A DNA stretch of 16,163 bases from positions 1-16,163 of the forward strand of contig JAEORO010000169.1 in NCBI GenBank assembly GCA_016840855.1, given 5' to 3'. This document shows, piece by piece, positions 1 to 7,559 of the stretch. The number at the start of each line of letters is the position of its first letter. The first letter of the stretch is position 1. Source of the DNA: Candidatus Thorarchaeota archaeon. GTDB lineage: Archaea > Asgardarchaeota > Thorarchaeia > Thorarchaeales > Thorarchaeaceae. Below the pieces are notes generated by a model, which saw only the letters and a list, made by a program, of their open reading frames with translations, had not been told where the DNA came from and made no database searches. Both the position numbers and the translations under genes were made by a program.

Positions 1-469
1 AATATAGTTCAGCTGATATCTTGGAAGCTGCGTACGGACTTAGAGGATCCAAGGGGCTGTCTTCCTTTGTAGGAAGTGTGACCGGATTCCCATAGACCGC
101 TGCACTTGAGCTCAGTACAAATCTCTCTGCATTACATTTTCTGGCTAGCTCTAGAGCATTAATGGTGCCATGAACATTAGTGTCGTTTACAAGAATTGGG
201 TTTTCAACAGAGAGTTTCACTGATGATATCGCTGCCAGGTGAAAGATAATGTCAACATCTTCATGAACTGCATCTGAGAACCTGCGGTTACAAATATCCA
301 CTTCTACAAGTCGGAAGTTATCATGCTTACGCGCCTCCACGAGGTTTTGCATTTTTCCTGTTCGCAGGTTGTCTATACCAATAACCGAGTATCCTTTGTC
401 TAGTAGCAAATCTACAAGATGGCTCCCGATAAAGCCTGCAGCTCCAGTTACAATGGCACTTCCTGTCAT
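1..469 (-). CDS. NAD-dependent epimerase/dehydratase (extended SDR, GalE/WcaG-like); 5' part only, runs off the window edge
   Basis: Not in the ORF track. Manual translation from ATG at 469 gives MTGSAIVTGAAGFIGSHLVDLLLDKGYSVIGIDNL...IFHLAA...SSSAAVYG...PLSPYAASKISAELY. This contains the TGxxGFIG Rossmann motif, the catalytic Ser region and YxxxK. The frame is open to the window edge. Confidence 0.95.
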   Translation of the reverse strand, partial: MTGSAIVTGAAGFIGSHLVDLLLDKGYSVIGIDNLRTGKMQNLVEARKHDNFRLVEVDICNRRFSDAVHEDVDIIFHLAAISSVKLSVENPILVNDTNVHGTINALELARKCNAERFVLSSSAAVYGNPVTLPTKEDSPLDPLSPYAASKISAELY

Positions 470-519
470 TACTGGTTTACAAATGAAAATGGTACTGTTA
501 ACACTTTCCAAGGCATTGC

Positions 520-537
520 AAAGGCCTATATTATACC
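520..537 (+). promoter_or_regulatory. Putative BRE/TATA promoter for the GIY-YIG gene
   Basis: AAAGGCCTATATTATA lies ~25-30 nt upstream of ATG 558/564, the spacing typical of a leaderless archaeal transcript. Confidence 0.45.
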
Positions 538-557
538 AAGACTTACGGTCCATCAGA

Positions 558-851
558 ATGATCATGCACTTCGTCTACATCATTGAAACAACAGATGGGA
601 CCTACTATACTGGAATGACCAATGATATAGCGAGACGATTTCAAGAGCACCTCTCTGGAAACTCAAAATCTGCAGCATATCTTAAGATGCATAAGCCAGC
701 ATATGTTGTCTATATGTCAGAGTGCAAGACCCGGCGTGAAGCAATGCACCTCGAACAACAGATAAAGAAAGATTACAAATTAAAGATGGAATGTATTGGG
801 CCTCGACGTGATATTAGAGAGGTCATCGACTCTGAACTTAGCTACCGTTAA
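558..851 (+). CDS. Stand-alone GIY-YIG nuclease family protein (UPF0213/YhbQ-like)
   Basis: FVYIIETTDGTYYTGMTNDIARRFQEH...EAMHLEQQIKK matches the GIY-YIG motifs, the conserved R..EH and the catalytic Glu. The start is moved from 369 (which overlaps the epimerase) to ATG 558 or 564, downstream of a TATA-like element at ~528-536. Confidence 0.9.
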   Translation: MIMHFVYIIETTDGTYYTGMTNDIARRFQEHLSGNSKSAAYLKMHKPAYVVYMSECKTRREAMHLEQQIKKDYKLKMECIGPRRDIREVIDSELSYR

Positions 852-908
852 TAACCTACTCGAAGTGTTCTTATCGAGGACGTACCTCCTACTGAACACG
901 TGATGCTC

Positions 909-2429
909 ATGCCTGAGATAGTTTTGGCAATTGATGCTGGTACAACTGGCGTTCGTTCCATGTTCCTTGATAAATCTGGGCGCGTTCACGGGAAAGCATA
1001 CTCGGAATATGAGAGTACATATCCCAGTCCCTCCTGGGTGGAGCAGGACGCGGAGAGTTGGTGGTTGAAGACCTGTGAAACCATCAAAATTGCCCTGACT
1101 ACAGCTGGCATTAACCCAAAGAATGTCGTCAGTGTAAGTGTAACTAATCAGAGAGAAACAACTGTCCCAATTGATACGAATGGAACCCCACTACGTAAAG
1201 CCATCGTGTGGCAGGACCGACGGACTATTCCTCAATGTGAATGGATTACCAAGCAGCTATCTGAGGACGAGATCTATTCGATAACCGGGCTAACAGTTGA
1301 CCCATATTTCTCAGCACCAAAGATTCTGTGGATCATGAAAAATGAACCCTCCGTCTATGAGAAGGCTCACAAATTCCTTCTCGTTCATGACTATCTCATC
1401 TATCGTTTATCTGATCAATTGATTACAGATTTCTCTAATGCTAGTAGGACTATGCTCTTTGATATCCGTAGGGGGATTTGGTCCGATAGAATACTTGACG
1501 CTTTTGAGATTGCGAGAGAGAAACTACCAACACCAGTGGAACCAGGATTACAGGTAGGGGAAATCACTGCCCGTGCATCTAAAGAAACAGGTCTCTCTGA
1601 GGGAACTCCTGTCGTAGCAGGTGGTGGTGACCAGCAATGCGCGGCCTTAGGTGTTGGTGTGGTCAGAGAAGGGATGCTTAAGTCGACAACTGGAACTGGC
1701 ACCTTCATGCTTGCACATTCTAGAACTGTTCGTCTAGATCCCGGGAGGCGTGTGCTCTGTAGTCGTCATGTGGTGCCAAACGCATTCGTGGTTGAGGCTA
1801 GCATGTTTACAACTGGTTCTGCGCTGAAGTGGTTCCGGGACAATCTTGGTGTTGAAGAGAAAGCGATTGCTAGTGAGAAGGGAGTAGATCCATACGAGAT
1901 TATCACAGAAGAAGCCAGTAGAATCCCAGCTGGTTCGGAAGGAGTTATTCACATTCCCCACTTTGTAGGAGCCGGAGCTCCAAACTGGAACCCTCACTCC
2001 CGCGGTATCTTTGCAGGTCTTGCCCTCGGTCACACTCGTGCTCACATCATACGCTCAATCCTCGAAGGCGTTTCGTATGAGATTCGAACTAATGTAGAAG
2101 TCATGCAGGAGCTTGGACTTCCTTCAAGGGAGTTTCGCGTCACTGGTGGTGCAGCAAGAAGCGAAACTTGGATGCAAATACAAGCCAACATACTTCGCAA
2201 ACCAGTCATTCGGACCCAGATGGAAGAAGCCACTGCTATCGGTGCTGCAATACTTGCGTTTAAGGGAGTAGGCATCTTCAAGTCAGTCGCGCAGGCTGCT
2301 GAGGAGATGGTCAAAACGCTTCCCCCTCTCATTCCGACCAAAGAAACTCTTGAGGTCTACCAAAAGGGATACAAGAAGTTCAAAGAACTGTACTCCGCAA
2401 TCTCTAACCTGCGACTTGATGAAGACTAA
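909..2429 (+). CDS. FGGY-family carbohydrate kinase, glycerol kinase-like (xylulokinase-like not excluded)
   Basis: Motifs IDAGTTG, TNQRET, IVWQDRRT, DPYFSA, SNASRTML, GGGDQQ, TGTG and VTGG. The start could be 900 (GTG), 903 or 909 (ATG). Confidence 0.92.
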   Translation: MPEIVLAIDAGTTGVRSMFLDKSGRVHGKAYSEYESTYPSPSWVEQDAESWWLKTCETIKIALTTAGINPKNVVSVSVTNQRETTVPIDTNGTPLRKAIVWQDRRTIPQCEWITKQLSEDEIYSITGLTVDPYFSAPKILWIMKNEPSVYEKAHKFLLVHDYLIYRLSDQLITDFSNASRTMLFDIRRGIWSDRILDAFEIAREKLPTPVEPGLQVGEITARASKETGLSEGTPVVAGGGDQQCAALGVGVVREGMLKSTTGTGTFMLAHSRTVRLDPGRRVLCSRHVVPNAFVVEASMFTTGSALKWFRDNLGVEEKAIASEKGVDPYEIITEEASRIPAGSEGVIHIPHFVGAGAPNWNPHSRGIFAGLALGHTRAHIIRSILEGVSYEIRTNVEVMQELGLPSREFRVTGGAARSETWMQIQANILRKPVIRTQMEEATAIGAAILAFKGVGIFKSVAQAAEEMVKTLPPLIPTKETLEVYQKGYKKFKELYSAISNLRLDED

Positions 2430-3712
2430 TCGGCATAGACTGCAATCTTGTTGCCTTTGTCAAGAACAAGTATCTTCACATCGGGGTCTTCATCAATCCA
2501 CTCATCAATGACTGACTGTGGGTCATCCACAAACTCAAGATGCGCGGCTTCTACTGTGCCTTTGTCGAGTTTTGAATATATTCGGACTCGGGAAACTCGC
2601 TTCAAGAGCTCAGCAAACTTGTATGCCTTATGTTCGTAGAGGTGGTATCCTCCACTGATGGACTTGATGACCTCATCAAGTGGAGCTGTCAGTTTGTTGT
2701 AGAAGTTCTCAATCGCTGAATCCGGAGCAATCCCATCCCGGCATTCCGCAAGGCAAAGAATCTGTCCTCCATCAAGTACAGCGTTCTTTGTTAGCTCTAT
2801 GGCTCTCTGGGCATGATAGAGACTTTCATCCTGAGGATATCCACCTGGCGAAACGACTATTCTTGTTCGAGGTTTCACGAGGAAACTTGAGGTTTCATCC
2901 AATAGCTCCATCCCGCGGGCTGTCACCGGTTCGTGATATCCTGCATCAGCCCACACAAGTTTCCTGTTGCTTGTAACAATAGCCACGAGGAAAATCTTTG
3001 CTCCTCGTGTAATCATTTCCATAGCTTCTTTCATATCCTCTGCCAAGGGGTTATCTCGCCTTGACGCATCTGGATGAAATGGGTGGATTCCAAATGTGGA
3101 ACGTGGGTTGAGTGCTAAAGCATGGTTTGCCTCAATTGTCTTGAAGCCACAGACGCCAGGAAGGAAGTTCTTTACGACATTTGAATATCCTGCAAAATAA
3201 TGAGCTTTCATATCAGATAAGCTCACATAGACATCATGGCCTACTGCTAATGCATTGACAATGACCGGAGTACCTCTACTAGTCTTCCCCAGTTCAATCA
3301 TGTTTTGAGACTGGCAATCATGTATTGTGACATCATAATTGGAGAGTTTTACATTACTTGCAGCTCGTTTGATCATATCAACAATGTTGAGGTTCTCTGG
3401 ATGGTCCACCTCATGAGAGCCAGTTGTAATAATGAACTGGACATGGTTAGCATCCACGAGGTGATGAACGACTGCAGAGATCATATCCCAATGAGGCGCA
3501 TCACGTGTGTGGTCTTCAACAAGGACACAGACACTATGGCTCTTTGAGATGTCAGAGAGAAGTGGACCGTGGGGATTGTTAAGCACTCTCTCAATTCCTG
3601 CCTCAACATCAGCTGATGTTTTTGATGGCTTTGGTTCAATATACCCTGCAAGGTTCTTCTCTGGTATACTGAGATTGATACTGCCGTCACCGAATGTCAC
3701 ATGAACATCCAA
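2426..3712 (-). CDS. larA: LarA-family (lactate racemase-like, DUF2088) nickel-pincer-dependent racemase/epimerase
   Basis: Motifs EDHTR, TGSH, GKTSRGTPV, HYFAGYS..K..LPG, ANH, SPGGYPQD.SLY and AECRDG. TTG start is preceded by a GAGGT SD at 3719-3723. Confidence 0.88.
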   Translation of the reverse strand: MDVHVTFGDGSINLSIPEKNLAGYIEPKPSKTSADVEAGIERVLNNPHGPLLSDISKSHSVCVLVEDHTRDAPHWDMISAVVHHLVDANHVQFIITTGSHEVDHPENLNIVDMIKRAASNVKLSNYDVTIHDCQSQNMIELGKTSRGTPVIVNALAVGHDVYVSLSDMKAHYFAGYSNVVKNFLPGVCGFKTIEANHALALNPRSTFGIHPFHPDASRRDNPLAEDMKEAMEMITRGAKIFLVAIVTSNRKLVWADAGYHEPVTARGMELLDETSSFLVKPRTRIVVSPGGYPQDESLYHAQRAIELTKNAVLDGGQILCLAECRDGIAPDSAIENFYNKLTAPLDEVIKSISGGYHLYEHKAYKFAELLKRVSRVRIYSKLDKGTVEAAHLEFVDDPQSVIDEWIDEDPDVKILVLDKGNKIAVYAD

Positions 3713-3770
3713 CGTTTTACCTCATCATTACATTTGAGATACACTCACAAAAACATTCACCATGCTGCAC

Positions 3771-3779
3771 TTAATTAAA
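3771..3779. promoter_or_regulatory. Palindromic TTAATTAA TATA-like element between the divergent larA and atpZ-like genes
   Basis: TTAATTAA sits in the middle of a 112-bp divergent intergenic region and could serve either direction. Confidence 0.35.
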
Positions 3780-3824
3780 CATGACCACCAAAACAGATAT
3801 TGCGCAACACGCGTCTGAAGGCTC

Positions 3825-4178
3825 ATGAATGAGTCAGATAAGGAAATGGCGCGGTCTGGGGATGGTATGACTGGTATGGGTCGATGGCTCGCCATCTCTT
3901 CAGAGTTGCCGTGTGCTGTCATCGCACTCCTTTTAGTGGGACAGATTGTTGGTGGCGCTATTGGAGGACCCGCAGGCGCGACTTGGGGAGCTCTTCTAGG
4001 AGCGCTTTTTGGATTCGCATTTGGAGTATATAGCGTCTTTGTGACAATTCGATATTTTGATCGGCTTGAGGTCAAGACAAAGCGTACTACTACATACATG
4101 CCACCGATGGACGAGATTCTTGAGGACGTGACGTTTGACGTAGACTCCACGAGCTCTGATGATAAGGATGAGGAGTAG
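3825..4178 (+). CDS. Small two-TM membrane protein, AtpZ/AtpI (ATPase gene 1)-like, with acidic C-terminal tail
   Basis: The hairpin WLAISSELPCAVIALLLVGQIVGG...WGALLGALFGFAFGVYSVF resembles the AtpZ/ATPase_gene1 pattern. The gene lies next to the ATP synthase genes. The family call is by eye only. Confidence 0.6.
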   Translation: MNESDKEMARSGDGMTGMGRWLAISSELPCAVIALLLVGQIVGGAIGGPAGATWGALLGALFGFAFGVYSVFVTIRYFDRLEVKTKRTTTYMPPMDEILEDVTFDVDSTSSDDKDEE

Positions 4179-4188
4179 CAGTTCTTGC

Positions 4189-4755
4189 TCACTCTAGAAA
4201 CTCGGAGTCGTCTGCATCTAAGACCTCAATGATCACCTTAGTTGCTGTCCTTCCGACACCCGCGATGATTATCTGTACAAGCAGAGCGATAAAGAAAGCT
4301 CCTAGAGCAATTCCAAAGATTCTGATTGATATCGAGTTTAAGTCGAACGCCCAAGGTGCGAGAAAGTACAGATCTGCGAGATACCAAGTATAGATGCCAG
4401 TAATCCCCATTAGTGCAACAAGAAGGCCAAATGCTACAACAACCGTCTTCACTCGCGGAGTGTCCATTTTCACCTCTTCAATTCCAGGTCCAACAACCGC
4501 ATCACCAATCCGTCTTGAGAATCTGATGAACACACTCATTGCTGCCAGAAATACCAGCAATGCAATGATACTGGTAATCAGGAGGACTAGAATCTTCAAT
4601 TCGTCATTCAACCCAAAAAACAAGTCACCTACAGCATAAGCTGACAACGACCCAATCATCACAATTACCGCTACGATCTGTATGACGAAAGTGATTGTTG
4701 CTGAGCTTCTGAAGAGGCTTCCAAGATTGATATAATCTTCACGAGGCGCTGTCAT
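4189..4755 (-). CDS. Uncharacterised four-TM membrane protein with an internal hairpin duplication
   Basis: Four hydrophobic segments. ATG at 4755 (MTAPREDY) is preferred over TTG 4785. Confidence 0.75.
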   Translation of the reverse strand: MTAPREDYINLGSLFRSSATITFVIQIVAVIVMIGSLSAYAVGDLFFGLNDELKILVLLITSIIALLVFLAAMSVFIRFSRRIGDAVVGPGIEEVKMDTPRVKTVVVAFGLLVALMGITGIYTWYLADLYFLAPWAFDLNSISIRIFGIALGAFFIALLVQIIIAGVGRTATKVIIEVLDADDSEFLE

Positions 4756-4830
4756 ATTGACCAACAAAATCGATGTAGAACGCAACTTATTTGAATTCTT
4801 CTACTCTCAAACAAGTCTTTCTGCGCCTTC

Positions 4831-4843
4831 GTCAAGCTTATAT
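4831..4843 (+). promoter_or_regulatory. Putative TATA element upstream of ATPase subunit C
   Basis: GTCAAGCTTATAT in the divergent intergenic region, ~55-60 nt before ATG 4898. Confidence 0.3.
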
Positions 4844-4897
4844 CGTGCATACTTTGTCTGTCCGTAGTCCTCATCAGATTGTGAAGAGAAGAATTCC

Positions 4898-5962
4898 ATG
4901 ATGGCCTCTAAATCTGCAAATGAATATGGCTTTGTCAATGCGAGGATTCGAGGTATGAAGTCTCGATTTCTTACTGTTGGCAACTATGAGAGTCTACTTT
5001 CGAGCGGCAGCTATGAGGATTTCATCAAGATTCTCTCAGGAACCTACTATGGTCAAATAATCAGTAGAGACTCGACCACTAGTAGACCTAGTCCTGAAGA
5101 ACTAGCGCTCATCCTGTCCCGTGACTTTGCCTCCGTGAGTATCAGTCTCTCACGTACGCTCACTGGGAAAGTTCGAGAATTCACCAACACTTACCTTGAG
5201 ATGTTCATGGCTGAGAGTGTGAAGTCGATAATTCGAGGAGTTCACGTTGGTCTTGATAAGGATGAGATTTTGAGATTCGCAGTTCCTCAAACTCCAGAAC
5301 AGGCAACACTTTTCGAATCATTGGTTGATACTGGTTCAATCAGTAAGCTGATTGACCTTCTCCCCTACTGGGATCTTAGAGTAGCTCTATTAACTAGACT
5401 TCCGAGCTATGAGGAGTTCAACTCCACAGCTCCTCTTGAGGTGGCAATTGAGGAATGGTACCTCAAGAAAGTCCTAGAAGCACTCAAAGAGTTCTCAGAC
5501 GAAGAAGCAAAACGTGTGCTCGATATTCTAGAGTCTCGAGTGATTTTGCGGAATGCCTTGACTGCTCTGCGAGCTGTTATTCTTCAACTTGAACCACGTG
5601 CATTAGAACAGTCGCTAATCAGATTTGCGAAAGCGCGAGAGTTTACGGACTCTCTCAAGTCTGTCAACACGTGGCGAGATGTGATAAACAGGTTGGACGC
5701 AACTCGTTTTGGGCAGTTTGGTGGAAGAATTGCTAGGCTCTACGAAGAAACGGAGGATCTCTCAGATGTGGAGCTAGCAATCGAGGACTATATAGCTCAA
5801 AGAGTGAAACAACAGCTGACAGCATTTCCATTTCATCTAGGAACAATCATTGGATTTTTCAATCTGAAGTACTATGAAGTGAGAAACATCCGCTCGATTG
5901 CTGTAGGAGTGGAACGAGGACAATCAGCTGAAAACATTAGGAAAATGATTATAATCTGGTGA
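4898..5962 (+). CDS. atpC: A/V-type ATP synthase subunit C (AhaC/NtpC; V0 subunit d homologue)
   Basis: N-terminal YGFVNARIRGMKSRFL and C-terminal IIGFFNLKYYEVRNIRSIAVG are typical of the AC39 family; length is 354 aa. Confidence 0.93.
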   Translation: MMASKSANEYGFVNARIRGMKSRFLTVGNYESLLSSGSYEDFIKILSGTYYGQIISRDSTTSRPSPEELALILSRDFASVSISLSRTLTGKVREFTNTYLEMFMAESVKSIIRGVHVGLDKDEILRFAVPQTPEQATLFESLVDTGSISKLIDLLPYWDLRVALLTRLPSYEEFNSTAPLEVAIEEWYLKKVLEALKEFSDEEAKRVLDILESRVILRNALTALRAVILQLEPRALEQSLIRFAKAREFTDSLKSVNTWRDVINRLDATRFGQFGGRIARLYEETEDLSDVELAIEDYIAQRVKQQLTAFPFHLGTIIGFFNLKYYEVRNIRSIAVGVERGQSAENIRKMIIIW

Positions 5963-5982
5963 GATTTGGAGGAAACGATCAC

Positions 5983-6387
5983 ATGAAAATCGACAATCAA
6001 ATCAAGTTCATGGCCATGATGTTGATGGGTCTGGTGCTAGCAACACTAGCTGTATTTGCAATATCTTTGGCTGACGCTTCAACGGTTCTGAATGCGCTAG
6101 GTGTCCCAGTTGATAGAGGGTTTGTGCCTGCTCAGTTGGCTGATGGGGATGGTTGGGCTATTCTTGGCCTTGGAATAGGAGCTGGTCTTGCCCTTGGTCT
6201 GGCTGGAATAGGAGCTGGTCTCGGAATGGGTACAGCTTCCGCAGCGGCACTCGGAGCCATCACTGAGAAACCTGAAACTTTCGGAAAGAGTATTCTATAC
6301 GTAGTATTCATTGAGGCTGTAGCTATCTACGGTTTTGTTATTGCGTTCTTGCTTGTAGGATATATTCCGACAATTATGGGTCATTAG
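5983..6387 (+). CDS. atpK: A/V-type ATP synthase subunit K (c, proteolipid): single hairpin plus N-terminal hydrophobic extension
   Basis: Gly-rich helix GAGLALGLAGIGAGLGMG, loop EKPETFGK, and ion-carrying Glu in FIEAVAIYG. ATG 5983 follows a GGAGG SD at 5968-5972. Confidence 0.95.
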   Translation: MKIDNQIKFMAMMLMGLVLATLAVFAISLADASTVLNALGVPVDRGFVPAQLADGDGWAILGLGIGAGLALGLAGIGAGLGMGTASAAALGAITEKPETFGKSILYVVFIEAVAIYGFVIAFLLVGYIPTIMGH

Positions 6388-6426
6388 AACGACATAGAGA
6401 AACTAGTAGAGGTGATCTTCCTCCCT

Positions 6427-7056
6427 CTACTCTTTCTTTTCTTCAGTACCGAATAGGATTGTTGAGATTGCGTCCCGTATCTCGCTCTCGTAACGCTCTA
6501 ATCGTGCTTCGAATGTATTGTCAACCCACATGGTGGAATCCTTGTTCCGTACAATTGCTCCGCCTAATGCACGAACCTCTTCATTTGAGATACTTAGTTT
6601 TGTCTTTTTGCTAGTTGCTTTAGCAATAGCCGTTTCTACAGTCTTCAAGTCAATATGATTTGCCTGTCCTTTTGGTATAATGATCTCTAGCTCTGGTTCT
6701 TCAAGCGATGCTGCTGCATCTATGATCAATTTTTCGAGTGTTTTCTCGTATGCTTTCTTTTTCACTAAATCCTCGAGGTGCTCTCTTGTAGATGTCATTA
6801 CCTCTTCAATAAGGGCTTCTTTCGCTTCAAGTAGCTGATACTTAGACTTGAGCTTGGCACTTGCCTCATATCTGGAGACTTCTGCGTTTGCCTCAATCTC
6901 TGCCTTTCCAGTAATTGACTCAGTGACTGTTTTTGCCTTTGCTCGTGCATCTTTTAGCTTCTGCTGTTTCTGGGCTTCAGCCTCAGAAAGGATTTCCTTC
7001 TCTTTTTCAGCCGTCTTGGAATTGATGATTTCAATAATGTTTGTTAGTCCACTCAT
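6427..7056 (-). CDS. atpE: A/V-type ATP synthase subunit E (peripheral stalk)
   Basis: N-terminal charged coiled coil and C-terminal LGGAIVR...VDNTFEARL signature. A GGAGG SD lies within the end of the upstream gene. Confidence 0.93.
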   Translation of the reverse strand: MSGLTNIIEIINSKTAEKEKEILSEAEAQKQQKLKDARAKAKTVTESITGKAEIEANAEVSRYEASAKLKSKYQLLEAKEALIEEVMTSTREHLEDLVKKKAYEKTLEKLIIDAAASLEEPELEIIIPKGQANHIDLKTVETAIAKATSKKTKLSISNEEVRALGGAIVRNKDSTMWVDNTFEARLERYESEIRDAISTILFGTEEKKE

Positions 7057-7060
7057 GACA

Positions 7061-7384
7061 TCATACCTCCCCCAATAGGATCTTCACAGCTGCCTCATAG
7101 GCTGCATTCTTCTTCTTTTGGGCGTTCTCCCGTATTTTCTTGATTTCCTTCTCTGTTTCTTTCAAAACCGCTGATTCAATCTCAACTTTTCTGCTCTCAA
7201 TCTCACTGAGCATTCTTGTTGCAGTGTCCTTCGCTTCTTTTTCTGCAGCCTCGATAATCATCTTCGCTTCATCGTCTGCGTCTTCTTGGATCTTACGCGC
7301 TTTCTTCTGAGCTTCATCAATTCTCTTTTTAGCTGCCATCTCAGTCTCATGAATCTGGTCGATTTCATCATGTGCTGTACTCAT
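7061..7384 (-). CDS. atpH: A/V-type ATP synthase subunit H/G (peripheral stalk)
   Basis: ~107-aa E/K/A-rich coiled coil (IHETEMAAKKRIDEAQKKA...AVKILLG), 4 nt upstream of subunit E. GAGGA SD at 7391-7395 favours ATG 7384 over 7390. Confidence 0.85.
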   Translation of the reverse strand: MSTAHDEIDQIHETEMAAKKRIDEAQKKARKIQEDADDEAKMIIEAAEKEAKDTATRMLSEIESRKVEIESAVLKETEKEIKKIRENAQKKKNAAYEAAVKILLGEV

Positions 7385-7434
7385 GACCATTCCTCAAAGT
7401 GGACGGTAGTAGTTCCACACCGATACCATCCCCC

Positions 7435-7448
7435 TTTAAAGATTAATG
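7435..7448 (-). promoter_or_regulatory. Putative TATA box for the H-E transcript
   Basis: The minus strand reads CATTAATCTTTAAA, ~50 nt upstream of the H start. Confidence 0.45.
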
Positions 7449-7454
7449 TCAGCC

Positions 7455-7470
7455 CGTAAAGGTTATTTAG
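7455..7470 (+). promoter_or_regulatory. Putative BRE/TATA for subunit I
   Basis: CGTAAAGGTTATTTAG, a purine-rich BRE followed by a TATA-like box. An alternative TATAAA lies at 7505-7510. Confidence 0.4.
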
Positions 7471-7509
7471 AGCATGGGAAGCATCTCGTGATTACACAGC
7501 TCGGTATAA

Positions 7510-7547
7510 AGTGCCACTAGGTGCTGCATACCTATGCTTGTGGCACT
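7510..7547. repeat. Nested inverted repeat upstream of subunit I
   Basis: Outer arms AGTGCCAC (7510-7517) and GTGGCACT (7540-7547); inner arms TAGGT (7518-7522) and ACCTA (7530-7534). Confidence 0.75.
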
Positions 7548-7559
7548 GGTGATGATGCA

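Noticed and set aside
369-557. N-terminal 63 aa of the track ORF 369..851
   Set aside because: It overlaps the epimerase gene on the opposite strand, and the GIY-YIG domain begins only at ATG 558/564.
558-851. GIY-YIG gene as a homing endonuclease or mobile element
   Set aside because: It is a single short domain of the housekeeping UPF0213 type, with no intron, intein, terminal repeats or DNA-binding extension.
780-3704. Short alternative ORFs within the kinase and larA genes
   Set aside because: They lie in other frames or antisense to well-supported genes and have no recognisable motifs.
3728-4192. 154-aa minus-strand ORF
   Set aside because: It is the antisense shadow of the more protein-like two-TM gene at 3825-4178.
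6163-6230. Repeated GGAATAGGAGCTGGTCT sequence in atpK
   Set aside because: It is explained by the repeated GIGAGL peptide of the proteolipid Gly-rich helix.
7521-7559. GTG start at 7521 for subunit I
   Set aside because: It lies inside the inverted repeat, whereas ATG 7560 has a well-spaced GGTGA SD.
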